From NCBI GenBank assembly GCA_963796055.1, contig CAWCKH010000003.1, positions 288,001 to 352,000 of the forward strand: 64,000 nucleotides of DNA, given 5' to 3'. Source of the DNA: an uncultured delta proteobacterium (GTDB lineage Bacteria > Myxococcota > Myxococcia > Myxococcales > Myxococcaceae). The notes below the pieces were generated by a model. That model had not been told where the DNA came from and did not search any database. It saw nothing but the letters and a program-made list of their open reading frames with translations. The position numbers and the translations under genes were made by a program. Shown here in pieces: positions 40,168 through 49,683 of the stretch (position 1 is the first letter of the stretch; every line of letters begins with the position of its first letter).

Positions 40168-40596
40168 ATGAAGGTCATGATGTTCGCGAAGGCGACCAAG
40201 CAAACCGAAGCGATGCAGCCGCCGACCCAGGAGGCGCTGCTCGCGATGCACAAGTTCAACGAGGAGTTGGAGAAGGCCGGCGTGCTGCTCGATCTCGGCG
40301 GCCTCACGCCGACCAGCCGCGGCGTGCGCGTGAAGTACAGCGGGAGCAAGTGCACGGTGATCGATGGCCCGTTCCCCGAAAGCAAGGAGCTGATCGCCGG
40401 CTACTCGCTGCTCGAGGTCAAGACGCTCGCCGAGGCGGTCGAGTGGGCCAAGCGCGCGCCGTTCGGCGTCGGCGTGCACGACGGCGAGGAGCTGGAGGTC
40501 GAGATCCGGCCGCTGTTCGACCCGGCGGAGTTCGACGTGCCGGGCGAGGCCGAGGAGCGGGCGAAGCGGCTGGGCGAAAAGGTCGGCAAGGCGTAG
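40168..40596 (+). CDS. YciI/DGPF family protein
   Basis: VIDGPFPESKELIAGY, EAVEWAKR, EVEIRP; AGGAG RBS. Confidence 0.92.
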   Translation: MKVMMFAKATKQTEAMQPPTQEALLAMHKFNEELEKAGVLLDLGGLTPTSRGVRVKYSGSKCTVIDGPFPESKELIAGYSLLEVKTLAEAVEWAKRAPFGVGVHDGEELEVEIRPLFDPAEFDVPGEAEERAKRLGEKVGKA

Positions 40597-40624
40597 CCGC
40601 GGCGCGGCGCGGTAAGCTCACGGC

Positions 40625-41794
40625 GAGTGACGCGCTAATCATCGCGCTCGAGCGCTGGCCGACCGACGGCGTGCCGGACAACCCGGGCGCGTGGCTGATG
40701 ACGACCGCGAAGCGGCGCGCGCTCGACGGCGTGCGCCACGCGCGCATTGTCGATGCCATGCAGGTGCAGCTCTCGCGCGATCGCGACGCCGACCCGCGCG
40801 ACGTTGCCGGCGAGCTCGCCGACGCCCTCGACGACGACGTCGGCGACAATCTGCTGCGGCTCGTCTTCACCGCGTGTCACCCGGTGCTGCCGACCGAGGC
40901 GCACGTCGCGCTCACGCTGCGGCTCGTCGGCGGGCTCGCGACCTCGGAAATCGCGCGCGCGTTCCTCGTCCCCGAGCCGACGATCGCGCAGCGGATCGTC
41001 CGCGCCAAGCGCACGCTCGCCGACGCGCGCGTGCCCTTCGAGGTGCCGCGCGCCGCCGAGCGCGCCGAGCGCCTCGAGTCGGTACTCGAGGTGATCTATC
41101 TCGTGTTCAACGAGGGCCACGTCGCGACCGCGGGCGCGAGCTTGACGCGGCCCGAGCTGTGCGACGATGCGCTGCGCATCGCGCGCGTGCTCGCCGGCCT
41201 CGCGCCCGACGAGCCCGAAGTCCACGGGTTGGTCGCGCTGCTCGAGCTCTCGGCGTCGCCGCTCGCATCGATCGCGACGGCGCGCCGGTGGTGCTCGCGG
41301 ATCAGGATCGCGCGCGCTGGGATCGCGTGCTCGTTCGCCGCGGGCTCGCGGCGCTTGCACGCGCAGACGAGCTCGTCGAGACGCAAGGTGCCGCCGCCGG
41401 TCCGTATCAGCTGCAAGCCACGATCGCCGCACACCACGCGCGCGCCGCGACCGCCGAGGCGACGGAGTGGCCGCGGATCGCCGCGCTCTACGCGCTGCTC
41501 GCCCAGCGCGCGCCGTCGCCGATCGTCGAGCTCAATCGCGCGGTCGCGGTCGCGATGGCGTTCGGCCCCGACGCGGGCCTAGAGCTCGTCGACGCGCTCG
41601 TCGGCGACGGCGCGCTCGCCGCATATCACCTGCTGCCGGCGGTGCGCGGCGACCTGCTCGCGAAGCTCGGACGCGGCGACGAGGCGCGCGCGGAATTTCA
41701 GCGCGCGGCCGAGCTGACCCGCAACGAGCGCGAGCGCGACGTCCTGCTCGCGAGAGCTCGCGATTCTGCGTTCAGCGCGTCGCGTCGTTCGTGA
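40625..41794 (+). pseudogene. ECF42 sigma factor with C-terminal TPR-like extension; 5'-truncated, frameshift near 41260
   Basis: ALERWP..GVPDNPGAWL, LRLVFTACHP, EIARAFLV, YLVFNEG, GPYQLQA, SPIVELNRAVA. Confidence 0.88.
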
Positions 41795-42065
41795 AGCCGC
41801 GGCGGAAGAACCGGCACTCGCTTTGAGCGCTACGGAGTGGGAAGCGGCCCGACGCCGGCGAGCCAACGGGTGCTGTCCGCAGCCGGGCTGATGGGCAGTC
41901 GCAGCTCGTCGAGCGTCTCCTCGCCCTCCGAGGCGACGAACTCGAGACCCTGCTCCTGGTCGATCCAGGACTGAGACGGGTCTGGGGCCTGTTCAGGAGT
42001 CGGATTCGCCCCGCTTGAGCGGCGTGCCCCTGCGGCCGCCCGTTCCTCACCTGAACGGCGGGAGC

Positions 42066-42743
42066 TCAGTGGCCGTTCGCTTTGAACTGAATCTTCTCCG
42101 CGGGGAAGCAGTCCCCGTCGCGTTCCGGCGGACAACCGCTGGGAACGCCAACGTGGGCGATACCCGTCTGTCTCGTCTGGGCGAAGCCGGAGGTTCCTTC
42201 GGGGTACCCCGAGCCGGCCCTCAGCTCGCCGTTCTGGCACATGATGCCGGTGTCCAGGGTCAGTGCGACAATCGGCGCGCCAGCGAAGATCGTGAAGAAC
42301 GAGGGGAGGGGGTTACCGGAGGGCTGGGTGAAGACGAGGACGGTGTGCGCGTCTCCGAGCGAGGCGCGAGCGCCTAGAAGGACCTCCCCCGGTTCGTGGC
42401 CGAAGGCAGGTCCGGCCGGGGTGAACCCCCAGCAGATCCCGTTGCTGGTGTGGAGATTGACCGTGACCTGCTCAGTGCCGTCGTGCAGGTCACGGATCAC
42501 GACGGACCCGCTGAACGAGGTGCCCACATCGAGGCTGAACAAGGCCGCCCGCCGTCCGAAGACGTCGAAGCCAAGGAACGAGCCCGTAATGGGGTCGGTG
42601 GCCGGCATGAAATCGTCGAACGTTTGTGCATCGAGGAAGCTGCTGATCGGCAGTCGCACCGTCTGAGCGAACACGTCCATCGACGGTCCAATCAAAGCGA
42701 GCATGAGACCGAGTTTCAGATAGACCCTGAACAATCTCGTCAT
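42066..42743 (-). CDS. Secreted hypothetical protein
   Basis: Signal peptide; GGAGG RBS; 225 aa, beta-rich. Confidence 0.65.
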   Translation of the reverse strand: MTRLFRVYLKLGLMLALIGPSMDVFAQTVRLPISSFLDAQTFDDFMPATDPITGSFLGFDVFGRRAALFSLDVGTSFSGSVVIRDLHDGTEQVTVNLHTSNGICWGFTPAGPAFGHEPGEVLLGARASLGDAHTVLVFTQPSGNPLPSFFTIFAGAPIVALTLDTGIMCQNGELRAGSGYPEGTSGFAQTRQTGIAHVGVPSGCPPERDGDCFPAEKIQFKANGH

Positions 42744-42935
42744 ACTGTCCTCCCCTGGCGATGCCTCCCAGCGGCGCGAAATGCTCCGCCGGGGCTAAGC
42801 ACCACGCACAGGACGCCTGACCCCATTGGAATGCAAGAGTAAGCGGGCTACACCTGCATCGTGGTGATAGCTCTCTCCGGGAAATCAGCTGAACCGGGAT
42901 TCGCGACTTATTCGACCTCGCAGCCGAACAGCGGC

Positions 42936-43241
42936 TCACGGGAGCCCGAACTCCAGCACCTGGCGCACCAGCTCGGCCACCGGGATGCCCCGCGAGGCGG
43001 CCGTGCGCCGAAGCCGCTTCGACAGCGCTGGCGTCAGCCGCAGGTGCCCGAACGCCTCGAACTCCTCGCCGGGCCCGTACGGGCGGATGGGCGTCAGCCA
43101 GCGCTCCAGCGCGATCACCATCGCGTCCTGCGCGAGCTCCTCGGCGCGCCCCACGTCGCGCATCACGCGCGCGAGCCGCGCGACGAGCTTGGGCAGCTCG
43201 ATGCGAAAGATCGCGGAATTCGTGTGCGCGGCGTCGCTCAA
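42936..43241 (-). pseudogene. Chimera of an ECF42 sigma N-terminus and an unrelated ribbon-helix-helix-like C-terminus
   Basis: FRIELPKLVARLARVMRDVGRAEELAQDAMVIALERW, then abruptly LRLTPALSKRLRRTAASRGIPVAELVRQVLE. Confidence 0.65.
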
Positions 43242-43666
43242 TGCTTGCGCTGCTCGAGGGCCTTCTGCTCGAGGGCCTTCTTCGCGGCCACTCGCTCGGG
43301 GCTCACCGGCAGATCCTCGAGCTCCAGGATCTGCCGGATCTCGACCTCGACGTGCTCGCCCGGGTGCACCTCGGTCGAGAACGGAATCCGCTTGGCCCAC
43401 TCGACGGCCTCTTCCTTCGATCGAACCTGGATGATCCAGTAGCCGCCGATCAGCTCCTTGGCCTCGGCGAACGGCCCGTCGATCACGGTGCGCTTGGTGC
43501 CGCTGAACTCCACGCGCACGCCCTGGGCGGTCGGCGCGAGGCCGTTGAGGTCGAGCAGCATGCCGGCGCGCTGCAGCTCGTCGTTGTAACGCCCCATCGC
43601 TTCGAACTGGGCGGGGTCGGGCAGGCCGGTGTACGCGGGGGGCTTGACGATCATCATGAAACGCAT
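43238..43666 (-). CDS. YciI/DGPF family protein (second paralog)
   Basis: VIDGPFAEAKELIGGYW, EAVEWAKR. Confidence 0.92.
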   Translation of the reverse strand: MRFMMIVKPPAYTGLPDPAQFEAMGRYNDELQRAGMLLDLNGLAPTAQGVRVEFSGTKRTVIDGPFAEAKELIGGYWIIQVRSKEEAVEWAKRIPFSTEVHPGEHVEVEIRQILELEDLPVSPERVAAKKALEQKALEQRKH

Positions 43667-43699
43667 CGCGGTCTCCTTGGTGGGTGTGTACATCGAGGC

Positions 43700-43726
43700 G
43701 ACGAACGACCCGTCCGCGGATCGACA
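43700..43726 (-). promoter_or_regulatory. ECF42-type promoter
   Basis: TGTCGA-N17-CGTC upstream of the second YciI. Confidence 0.7.
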
Positions 43727-44166
43727 CGTGCGCGAAAAAGAGATTTCGCCATGCGACTTCAGCGGGTTACGGCGCGCTGCGATGGATCACGCGCTGCGTC
43801 CGGCGGTGACGCAGGAAGCGAACAGCGCGGTGAACGCGAGCAACCCGACGACGATCGTGGCCGTGAGCCATGCACGCTGGGTGAACGCGCACGACTCCTT
43901 GACCGCGAGCAGCAGCGCGCCGAGCGCGACCAGCATCCAGCCCGTGCTGGTACCGCGGCGGCGGATACTGCGGCGCGCCCTTCTTCATCCCAACCCGCTC
44001 ATCTCGACCCCCAAGGGCAAGGCTCTTCCCGCGACCGGGAAGCGGCCGTGGACCTCATCAGACGGCGCAGACGGGCCGCTGGGCACGCTGCCCCCTCCCC
44101 CGCTCGGTCTACGCGACAGCGACGCCGCGCTTCGTCTGATGGTGCGTCTGATGGAAGGGGAAAGAC

Positions 44167-44193
44167 GAAAAGCCCCGTAACTTCAGGGGCTTC
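44167..44193 (-). terminator. Hairpin downstream of the displaced tRNA 3' fragment
   Basis: gaaaagcccc...ggggcttc; gives a hairpin plus U-tract on the minus strand; homologous to 57213-57241. Confidence 0.55.
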
Positions 44194-44217
44194 GAGGAGC
44201 GGGAAAAGGGATTTGAA
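44191..44217 (-). repeat. att site: duplicated tRNA-Gly 3' end
   Basis: Identical to 57239-57265. Confidence 0.92.
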
Positions 44218-44419
44218 ACATGACGGGGCGCTGCGTACCACCAACAGAGTCGCGGGCTTCCACTCGCAACTCCCCGTACTCCTTACCTATCACTCCACTC
44301 CCGTCCATTCGTTTCCACCCCAGCCCGGCCAACTCCGGGCACGTCGTGGGCAACAGGTGGGCAACAGACCGCATCCCCGGCGTGCGGCGTCCCTTCTCCG
44401 GTCAGCGATCGAGGCCTGC

Positions 44420-46102
44420 TCATGCCGACGCCCGGGGCACATCCGATCTCGCCTGCAACTCCTCCATCTTCTCGGGAAGCGCCTTCCTCAAGGCCTCGAA
44501 GTCGGTGAAGACGTCCGACTCGGGGACGACCGCCGGGATGACTTGTAGTGCCTTCAAGAGATCCAGCTGGGCCACCGGGACGCCCACCAGCAGCACGCGC
44601 ACCCCGGCCGTGGTCAGTCTTCCGAGCGCATCCTCCAGCGCATAGACCCCCGTCTGGTCCATGAAGGAGATGCGATCCATCCGCAGGACCAGGAGCTTGC
44701 TCGAGGTTGCCTGACTGGTGATGTCGAGGAACTGGCTCGCGAAGCCGAAGAACAGCGGCCCCTCGACGTGCTTGATCAAGAGCTTGCTCCGGATCGCTTC
44801 CGGGATGCCCAGCTCGTCGCCCCAGGGCTCGTCAGCCACCTGGCTGAGGGTCGTCTGCCGGGCGGCGACGTCGCTCACCTTCTTCACGAACACGAACGAC
44901 GCCACGATGAGGCCGGCGACCACCGCGACGATCAGGTCGGTGAACACCGTTAGCACCAGCACCAAGAGCATCAGAAACGCATCGGCCCGCGGCACCTTCG
45001 AGAGATGACCGAACCCGCGGGCGTCGATGATCCCCATCCCGACCGTCACCAGCAGGCCAGCGAGCACCGCGCTGGGAATGTACTGAACGAGACCCGACAG
45101 ACCGAGCAGCACGGCGGCAAGGAACAGACCGTGGATCACGCCCGAGAGGCGGGTCTTTCCGCCGGCATTCACGTTGACCACCGTGCGCATCGTGGCACCC
45201 GCGCCGGGAATGCCGCCGATCAGCCCGGCCGCCATGTTTCCCACCCCCTGGCCGAGGAGTTCACGGTTGCTGTCGTGCCGGGTCCGGGTCAGGTTGTCGG
45301 CGACCAGCGAGGTCAGCAGCGAGTCGATGGCCCCCAGCAGGGCGAGCTCGACCGCGAAGGGCAGCATCGCTGGAAGCTGCCGAGGGTCGAGCGATGGAAG
45401 CACCAGCCCCGGCAGCCCAGACGGGATCTCGCCGATTCTTGGAACGTCGAGCTTCAGCAACGCTGCCACGGCCGTCAGCGTCACCAGCGCGACCAGCGAG
45501 GCCGGCACCGCCTTGGTGAGCCGCGGCAGGAGATAGACCATCGCCACGGTCGCCGCCGAGAGGGCGATGGCACTCCAGTTGACGTTGCCACGGAGCAGAT
45601 GCAGCCGCCGGAGGATCGACCACGGGTCCGAGGCAGGCGGGGCCATGCCCAGGAACGGGAACACTTGCTGGACGATGATGATCACTCCGATGCCGCTCAT
45701 GAACCCGGAGATGACCGGGTACGGGACGTAGCGGATGTAGCCGCCCATCCGGCAGACGCCCAGGGCGAGCTGGAACAGACCGGCGAGGAGGAACACCCCG
45801 ACCAGCCAGCGAGTGTCCGCCGCGCCGGAAGGGAGGGTGTGCGCCGCCACCATCCCCGCGACGACCAGGGTCATCGGTCCCGTCGGGCCGGTGATCTGCA
45901 CCGGCGTGCCTCCCAGCAAGGCCGCGATGATGCCCGTGGCGATGGCTCCGTAGAGTCCCGCCGCTGGTCCCAGCCCCGAGGCCACCCCGAAGGCGAGAGC
46001 GAGCGGAAGTGCCACCACGCCCGCGGCGATGCCGCCGAAGAGGTCGCCGCGCAGGGCATTCCATGACCAGGTGGGGGTACGGCGTTCCGCAGTCACGCTC
46101 AT
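44420..46102 (-). CDS. SulP/SLC26 anion transporter with STAS domain
   Basis: PLALAFGVASG, ITGPTGPM, GAIDSLLT, GAGATMRT, GPLFFG, DQTG. Confidence 0.95.
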   Translation of the reverse strand: MSVTAERRTPTWSWNALRGDLFGGIAAGVVALPLALAFGVASGLGPAAGLYGAIATGIIAALLGGTPVQITGPTGPMTLVVAGMVAAHTLPSGAADTRWLVGVFLLAGLFQLALGVCRMGGYIRYVPYPVISGFMSGIGVIIIVQQVFPFLGMAPPASDPWSILRRLHLLRGNVNWSAIALSAATVAMVYLLPRLTKAVPASLVALVTLTAVAALLKLDVPRIGEIPSGLPGLVLPSLDPRQLPAMLPFAVELALLGAIDSLLTSLVADNLTRTRHDSNRELLGQGVGNMAAGLIGGIPGAGATMRTVVNVNAGGKTRLSGVIHGLFLAAVLLGLSGLVQYIPSAVLAGLLVTVGMGIIDARGFGHLSKVPRADAFLMLLVLVLTVFTDLIVAVVAGLIVASFVFVKKVSDVAARQTTLSQVADEPWGDELGIPEAIRSKLLIKHVEGPLFFGFASQFLDITSQATSSKLLVLRMDRISFMDQTGVYALEDALGRLTTAGVRVLLVGVPVAQLDLLKALQVIPAVVPESDVFTDFEALRKALPEKMEELQARSDVPRASA

Positions 46103-46722
46103 CGCTTCACGTCCAGGAACCGGACCACTCCGGTCGAGAGGTCCGCGACCGCACCCACCAGCTTCAACACTCCCTCAGCCTGCCTCGTCTTGCCCTCCGG
46201 AGATTCGAGGATCTGCCGGAGGCTCCACCGGACGTTCGCCTCGACACCGGCGTGAAGCTGCTCGTCGGGCGGGAGCTCGGGCGGGACGCCTTCCAGGCCG
46301 GGGCGGATGCTTTCCAGGAGGACCTCGATCCTGCTCTGCACCCGGGCACGCTGGAACTTGGCCGCCAGCGCGGCCTGGACTGCGCCGCAGCCCTCGTGTC
46401 CGAGAACGACGAAGAGCGGTGTCTGCAGATGCACGGCCGCGTACTGGAGGGTTCCCGCCACCTCGGCCGAGACGACGTTCCCGGCGAGGCGCACCACGAA
46501 CAGCTCGCCGAACCCGGCGTCGAACAGGAGCTCCGGGGGCACCCGTGAGTCGCTGCATCCGAGGATGGTCGTGGAGGGTCGCTGTTCCTTCGCCAGTGCG
46601 GCCAGGACCGTCTTGCACGTCCTGGGAAAGTGGGCTCTCCCGCGCACGAAGCGCGCATTGCCGGCGCGAAGCCGCTCCAGGGCCTCGCTCGCAGGGTCTG
46701 AGCTCGGGGAGCGCTGGGCCAC
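46099..46722 (-). CDS. Beta-class carbonic anhydrase
   Basis: GNARF, CSDSRV, RLAGN, GHEGCGAV zinc ligands. Confidence 0.93.
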   Translation of the reverse strand: MAQRSPSSDPASEALERLRAGNARFVRGRAHFPRTCKTVLAALAKEQRPSTTILGCSDSRVPPELLFDAGFGELFVVRLAGNVVSAEVAGTLQYAAVHLQTPLFVVLGHEGCGAVQAALAAKFQRARVQSRIEVLLESIRPGLEGVPPELPPDEQLHAGVEANVRWSLRQILESPEGKTRQAEGVLKLVGAVADLSTGVVRFLDVKR

Positions 46723-46732
46723 GGGGCGCCCC

Positions 46733-48673
46733 TCAGCGCTTTGGCGTGTACCAGATGGGGGAGGTGTAGGCCCTCTCCTGGAGGCTCATGGGGGTCTTCG
46801 GGTCGGGCTTCACCCCGTAGAACTTGGCGTCGTACGCGGTCCAGCGGGGAGTCGGGATCTCGATCACCCTCCCGTAATAGAAGGCAGGCTGCTTCGGGTC
46901 GAAGTCCGGGTCCTTCCACACGGCGATCAGCTCGGGGCTGCCGATGGTGTTGGTCCAGGTTGCCTCCGCCACATCGACGGTGTTGCCCACCGGGGGAAGC
47001 TTCCCGGTCTTCGGATCCGGCTTCCGGTCGCCCGACCAGGCCACGTCGTAGATCCGCTCCTGCACCTTCCCGGACTTGTCGACCCAGCCCTTGATGATCT
47101 GGTAGCGGTCCAGGTTGGCCCCGATGGGGTCCCTGAGGGCGGCGACCAGGAAGGTGGGAGCCTTGCCCTGGGGAGCCGCGGCGAGATCACCTCCCATCGG
47201 CACGCCCTTGGAGTAGCCGACGTCCGCCGGGAGGCGGGACTTCGCATCGGCCGGGGCGAAGTCCCAGCCGCCGAAGAAGCGGACCAGCATGCGGGGCCCA
47301 GTGGTGGCGTACGTCTCCCGCCGCTGCATCGCATCGAACAGCGACTCGCGGGTGTTGTCCGTGGCCCAGACCGCTGCGTAACCCGAGGCCGAGTTCTCCC
47401 AGTCCATGATCGTCACGCCCGTCTGGGGATTCCGGACGAAGACCTTGGTCACGCGCTCTCGCTCCGGCTCCATGGAGGACATCTTTCCGAAGAAGTTGTC
47501 CTCGTCGGCCGTGGCCAGACCAGTATGCGAGTCGGTGCTGCCGATGAGCCCGAACTTGTACGGATTCGTCCCCAGCTTCGTACCGAGCAGCAGGCCGTTC
47601 TTCAGCGCCGAGCGGGCGTACTCGAACTCGAGCATCTCGGGCTTCTTGGCCTCGGTGAGGTCGAGGTTGCCCTTGTCCCAGCGCTCGAAGTTCGCGAACT
47701 CGTCGTTCGGTGACAGAAAGGGATGCGCCTCACCGTCACCTTTGATCTGGGTGACCTCGTAGAGCCGTTCCCAGCGGGCTCGCCGCTCGGCGTATCCGCG
47801 ATCGATCTTCTTCCCGAACGCTTCCACGATCGGGAACATCCGCCCGTTGGAGAGGTTCCCGTTGTGGGCGATCGCCAGCACTTCTCCGCCGGTCTTTGCC
47901 TCGTAGTCCGTCATCCACTTCCAGAGGTCCTCGGGGTTGTCGCTGCCGAGGGGCTTCTGCGTGGTGAAGGGCTCCACGCGGCTGGCGCGCTCGCCCCCGT
48001 CACGGAAGATGACGTTCCGGTGGAGGTTGTTCCCTCCAGTGTTGGAGGTCCACTCGTAGCCGATGAAGGCCGTGAAGCGACCGGGGGCGTTGGCCTCCTC
48101 GGCAGCCTTGATCGTCTCCGACCAGGCGCCCCGGTACGCAGGCGTCCCGGGGGTCGGCAGGAGGCCAGGGGTGATCTTCCCCGCGCCGAAGCTGGTGATG
48201 ATCTCCACCGCCGCCGTGGCTCCCTGACCCGAGTGGATCATCTCGTTCCACCGACGGCCCTGCGGATAGGACAGCACGCTCGGGTCCCCCCCGATCAGCA
48301 GCGGAAAGAAGCCCATTCCATCGGAGTGATCGGCCACCACCAGGAAGTCGAGCGGCCGCGAGAGCTTCACCGGCTGGCCGGTCGAGGAGGTGACCTCCCG
48401 CCCCTTGGCGAAGACGTACGCGTCCCGGGGCCCGAGACGCGCTCCGAAGGCGCCGGCGTCCATCGAGTACGAGGTGTGCAGGTGGGTGTCCCCGAAGAAC
48501 GGGCGAACCGGAAAGTTGCGCCCAGCGTAGGGCGAGTAGGTGGCTCGCTTCGGGAATGCACGCTCGGCCGACGCGGAATCCAGGGTCCCGGTGTCCTGGG
48601 CCAACCCGGGCACGGAAGCAATCAGCGGCAGGACCGGCAGGGCGCGGAGAGCGAAACGGACTAGGGGATTCAC
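46733..48673 (-). CDS. DUF3604 domain periplasmic protein (PHP-like metallohydrolase fold suspected)
   Basis: Signal peptide; FFGDTHLHTSYSMDA, ADHSD, GYEWT, NLHRNV, HNGNLS, GSTDSH, QERAYTSPIWY. Confidence 0.85.
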   Translation of the reverse strand: MNPLVRFALRALPVLPLIASVPGLAQDTGTLDSASAERAFPKRATYSPYAGRNFPVRPFFGDTHLHTSYSMDAGAFGARLGPRDAYVFAKGREVTSSTGQPVKLSRPLDFLVVADHSDGMGFFPLLIGGDPSVLSYPQGRRWNEMIHSGQGATAAVEIITSFGAGKITPGLLPTPGTPAYRGAWSETIKAAEEANAPGRFTAFIGYEWTSNTGGNNLHRNVIFRDGGERASRVEPFTTQKPLGSDNPEDLWKWMTDYEAKTGGEVLAIAHNGNLSNGRMFPIVEAFGKKIDRGYAERRARWERLYEVTQIKGDGEAHPFLSPNDEFANFERWDKGNLDLTEAKKPEMLEFEYARSALKNGLLLGTKLGTNPYKFGLIGSTDSHTGLATADEDNFFGKMSSMEPERERVTKVFVRNPQTGVTIMDWENSASGYAAVWATDNTRESLFDAMQRRETYATTGPRMLVRFFGGWDFAPADAKSRLPADVGYSKGVPMGGDLAAAPQGKAPTFLVAALRDPIGANLDRYQIIKGWVDKSGKVQERIYDVAWSGDRKPDPKTGKLPPVGNTVDVAEATWTNTIGSPELIAVWKDPDFDPKQPAFYYGRVIEIPTPRWTAYDAKFYGVKPDPKTPMSLQERAYTSPIWYTPKR

Positions 48674-48693
48674 GCAGACGCTCGATTCTCGGA

Positions 48694-49683
48694 TCACCGG
48701 TCGGAGAACCCGGCGACGCGCTGGAGGAGGAGGAACATCGCGACACTTCCGATGATGTACGGCACCAGCGTGGCGCTCGAGCGTGGCAGCCAGAGCCGTA
48801 CCTTCGCGGTCGCTCGGAGCACCAGGACGACTGTGGCGACGAAGCTCAGCTGCCCGAGCTCGACGCCAAGGTTGAAGAACAGGAGCGCCAGCGGGAGGCG
48901 GCCCTGCGGCAATCCGATTTCCGCGAGGCCGCTGGCGAAGCCCAGGCCGTGCAAGAGTCCGAAGACGAAGGCCACCACCCAGGGCCAGCGAGCGGCCACC
49001 CCGGCATTTCCGCTGCTCCCGCGGACGATCTCCGCGGCCACAAAGGCGATGGAGAGGGCAATCACCGCCTCCACCGGGGGCTGGGGGACGTGCACCCAGC
49101 CGAGCGTCGCGGCGGCGAGGGTGATGCTGTGGGCGACCGTGAAGGCGGTGATGGTGCCCAGAAGCCGGGTGCCGGAGCGGGTGAGGATCAGGAGCGCCAC
49201 CACGAACAAGAGGTGGTCGACTCCGGTGAGGATGTGCTCCACGCCGAGACGGAGATAGAGCCCGGCGACCGCGCTGCCCGACGGTCGAGCGGGGATGACC
49301 GACTCCGGGCGGCTCGGGGTCAGGCGCTCGTTCCACTCCGCCCCATCGACGAACTGAACCCGGACCAGGGCGTCGGTCATCGTGCCCTCGAGTCCCGACA
49401 CCCGGACGCTCTCGCCCCGGAGCGTTCTCGCGCGGATGGACCAGGTCTGCACCGCGGCGCCCGGCACGCGTCGGGTGAGCACCGGTGAGGTCGCGGTCAC
49501 GCCCGCCGAGAACTCGGGGGCCAGCGCCAGCCGCAGGTCGCCCTGCATCGGCGTCTTCCACAGCACCCGGAACTCGCTAGGCGGCCCCTCGCGCAGCTCG
49601 AGGTACGCAGGTCGCGACTCGTGGCCGAGCGCAGCCAGCGGACAGAGGAGCAGGATGAGGACCGGCAGAGGAGGATGCCTCAT
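48694..49683 (-). CDS. HupE/UreJ family protein
   Basis: ALGHE.RPAYL; GVEHILTGVDHLLF; FTVAHSITL; FGLLHGLGFA; FNLGVELGQ. Confidence 0.9.
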   Translation of the reverse strand: MRHPPLPVLILLLCPLAALGHESRPAYLELREGPPSEFRVLWKTPMQGDLRLALAPEFSAGVTATSPVLTRRVPGAAVQTWSIRARTLRGESVRVSGLEGTMTDALVRVQFVDGAEWNERLTPSRPESVIPARPSGSAVAGLYLRLGVEHILTGVDHLLFVVALLILTRSGTRLLGTITAFTVAHSITLAAATLGWVHVPQPPVEAVIALSIAFVAAEIVRGSSGNAGVAARWPWVVAFVFGLLHGLGFASGLAEIGLPQGRLPLALLFFNLGVELGQLSFVATVVLVLRATAKVRLWLPRSSATLVPYIIGSVAMFLLLQRVAGFSDR

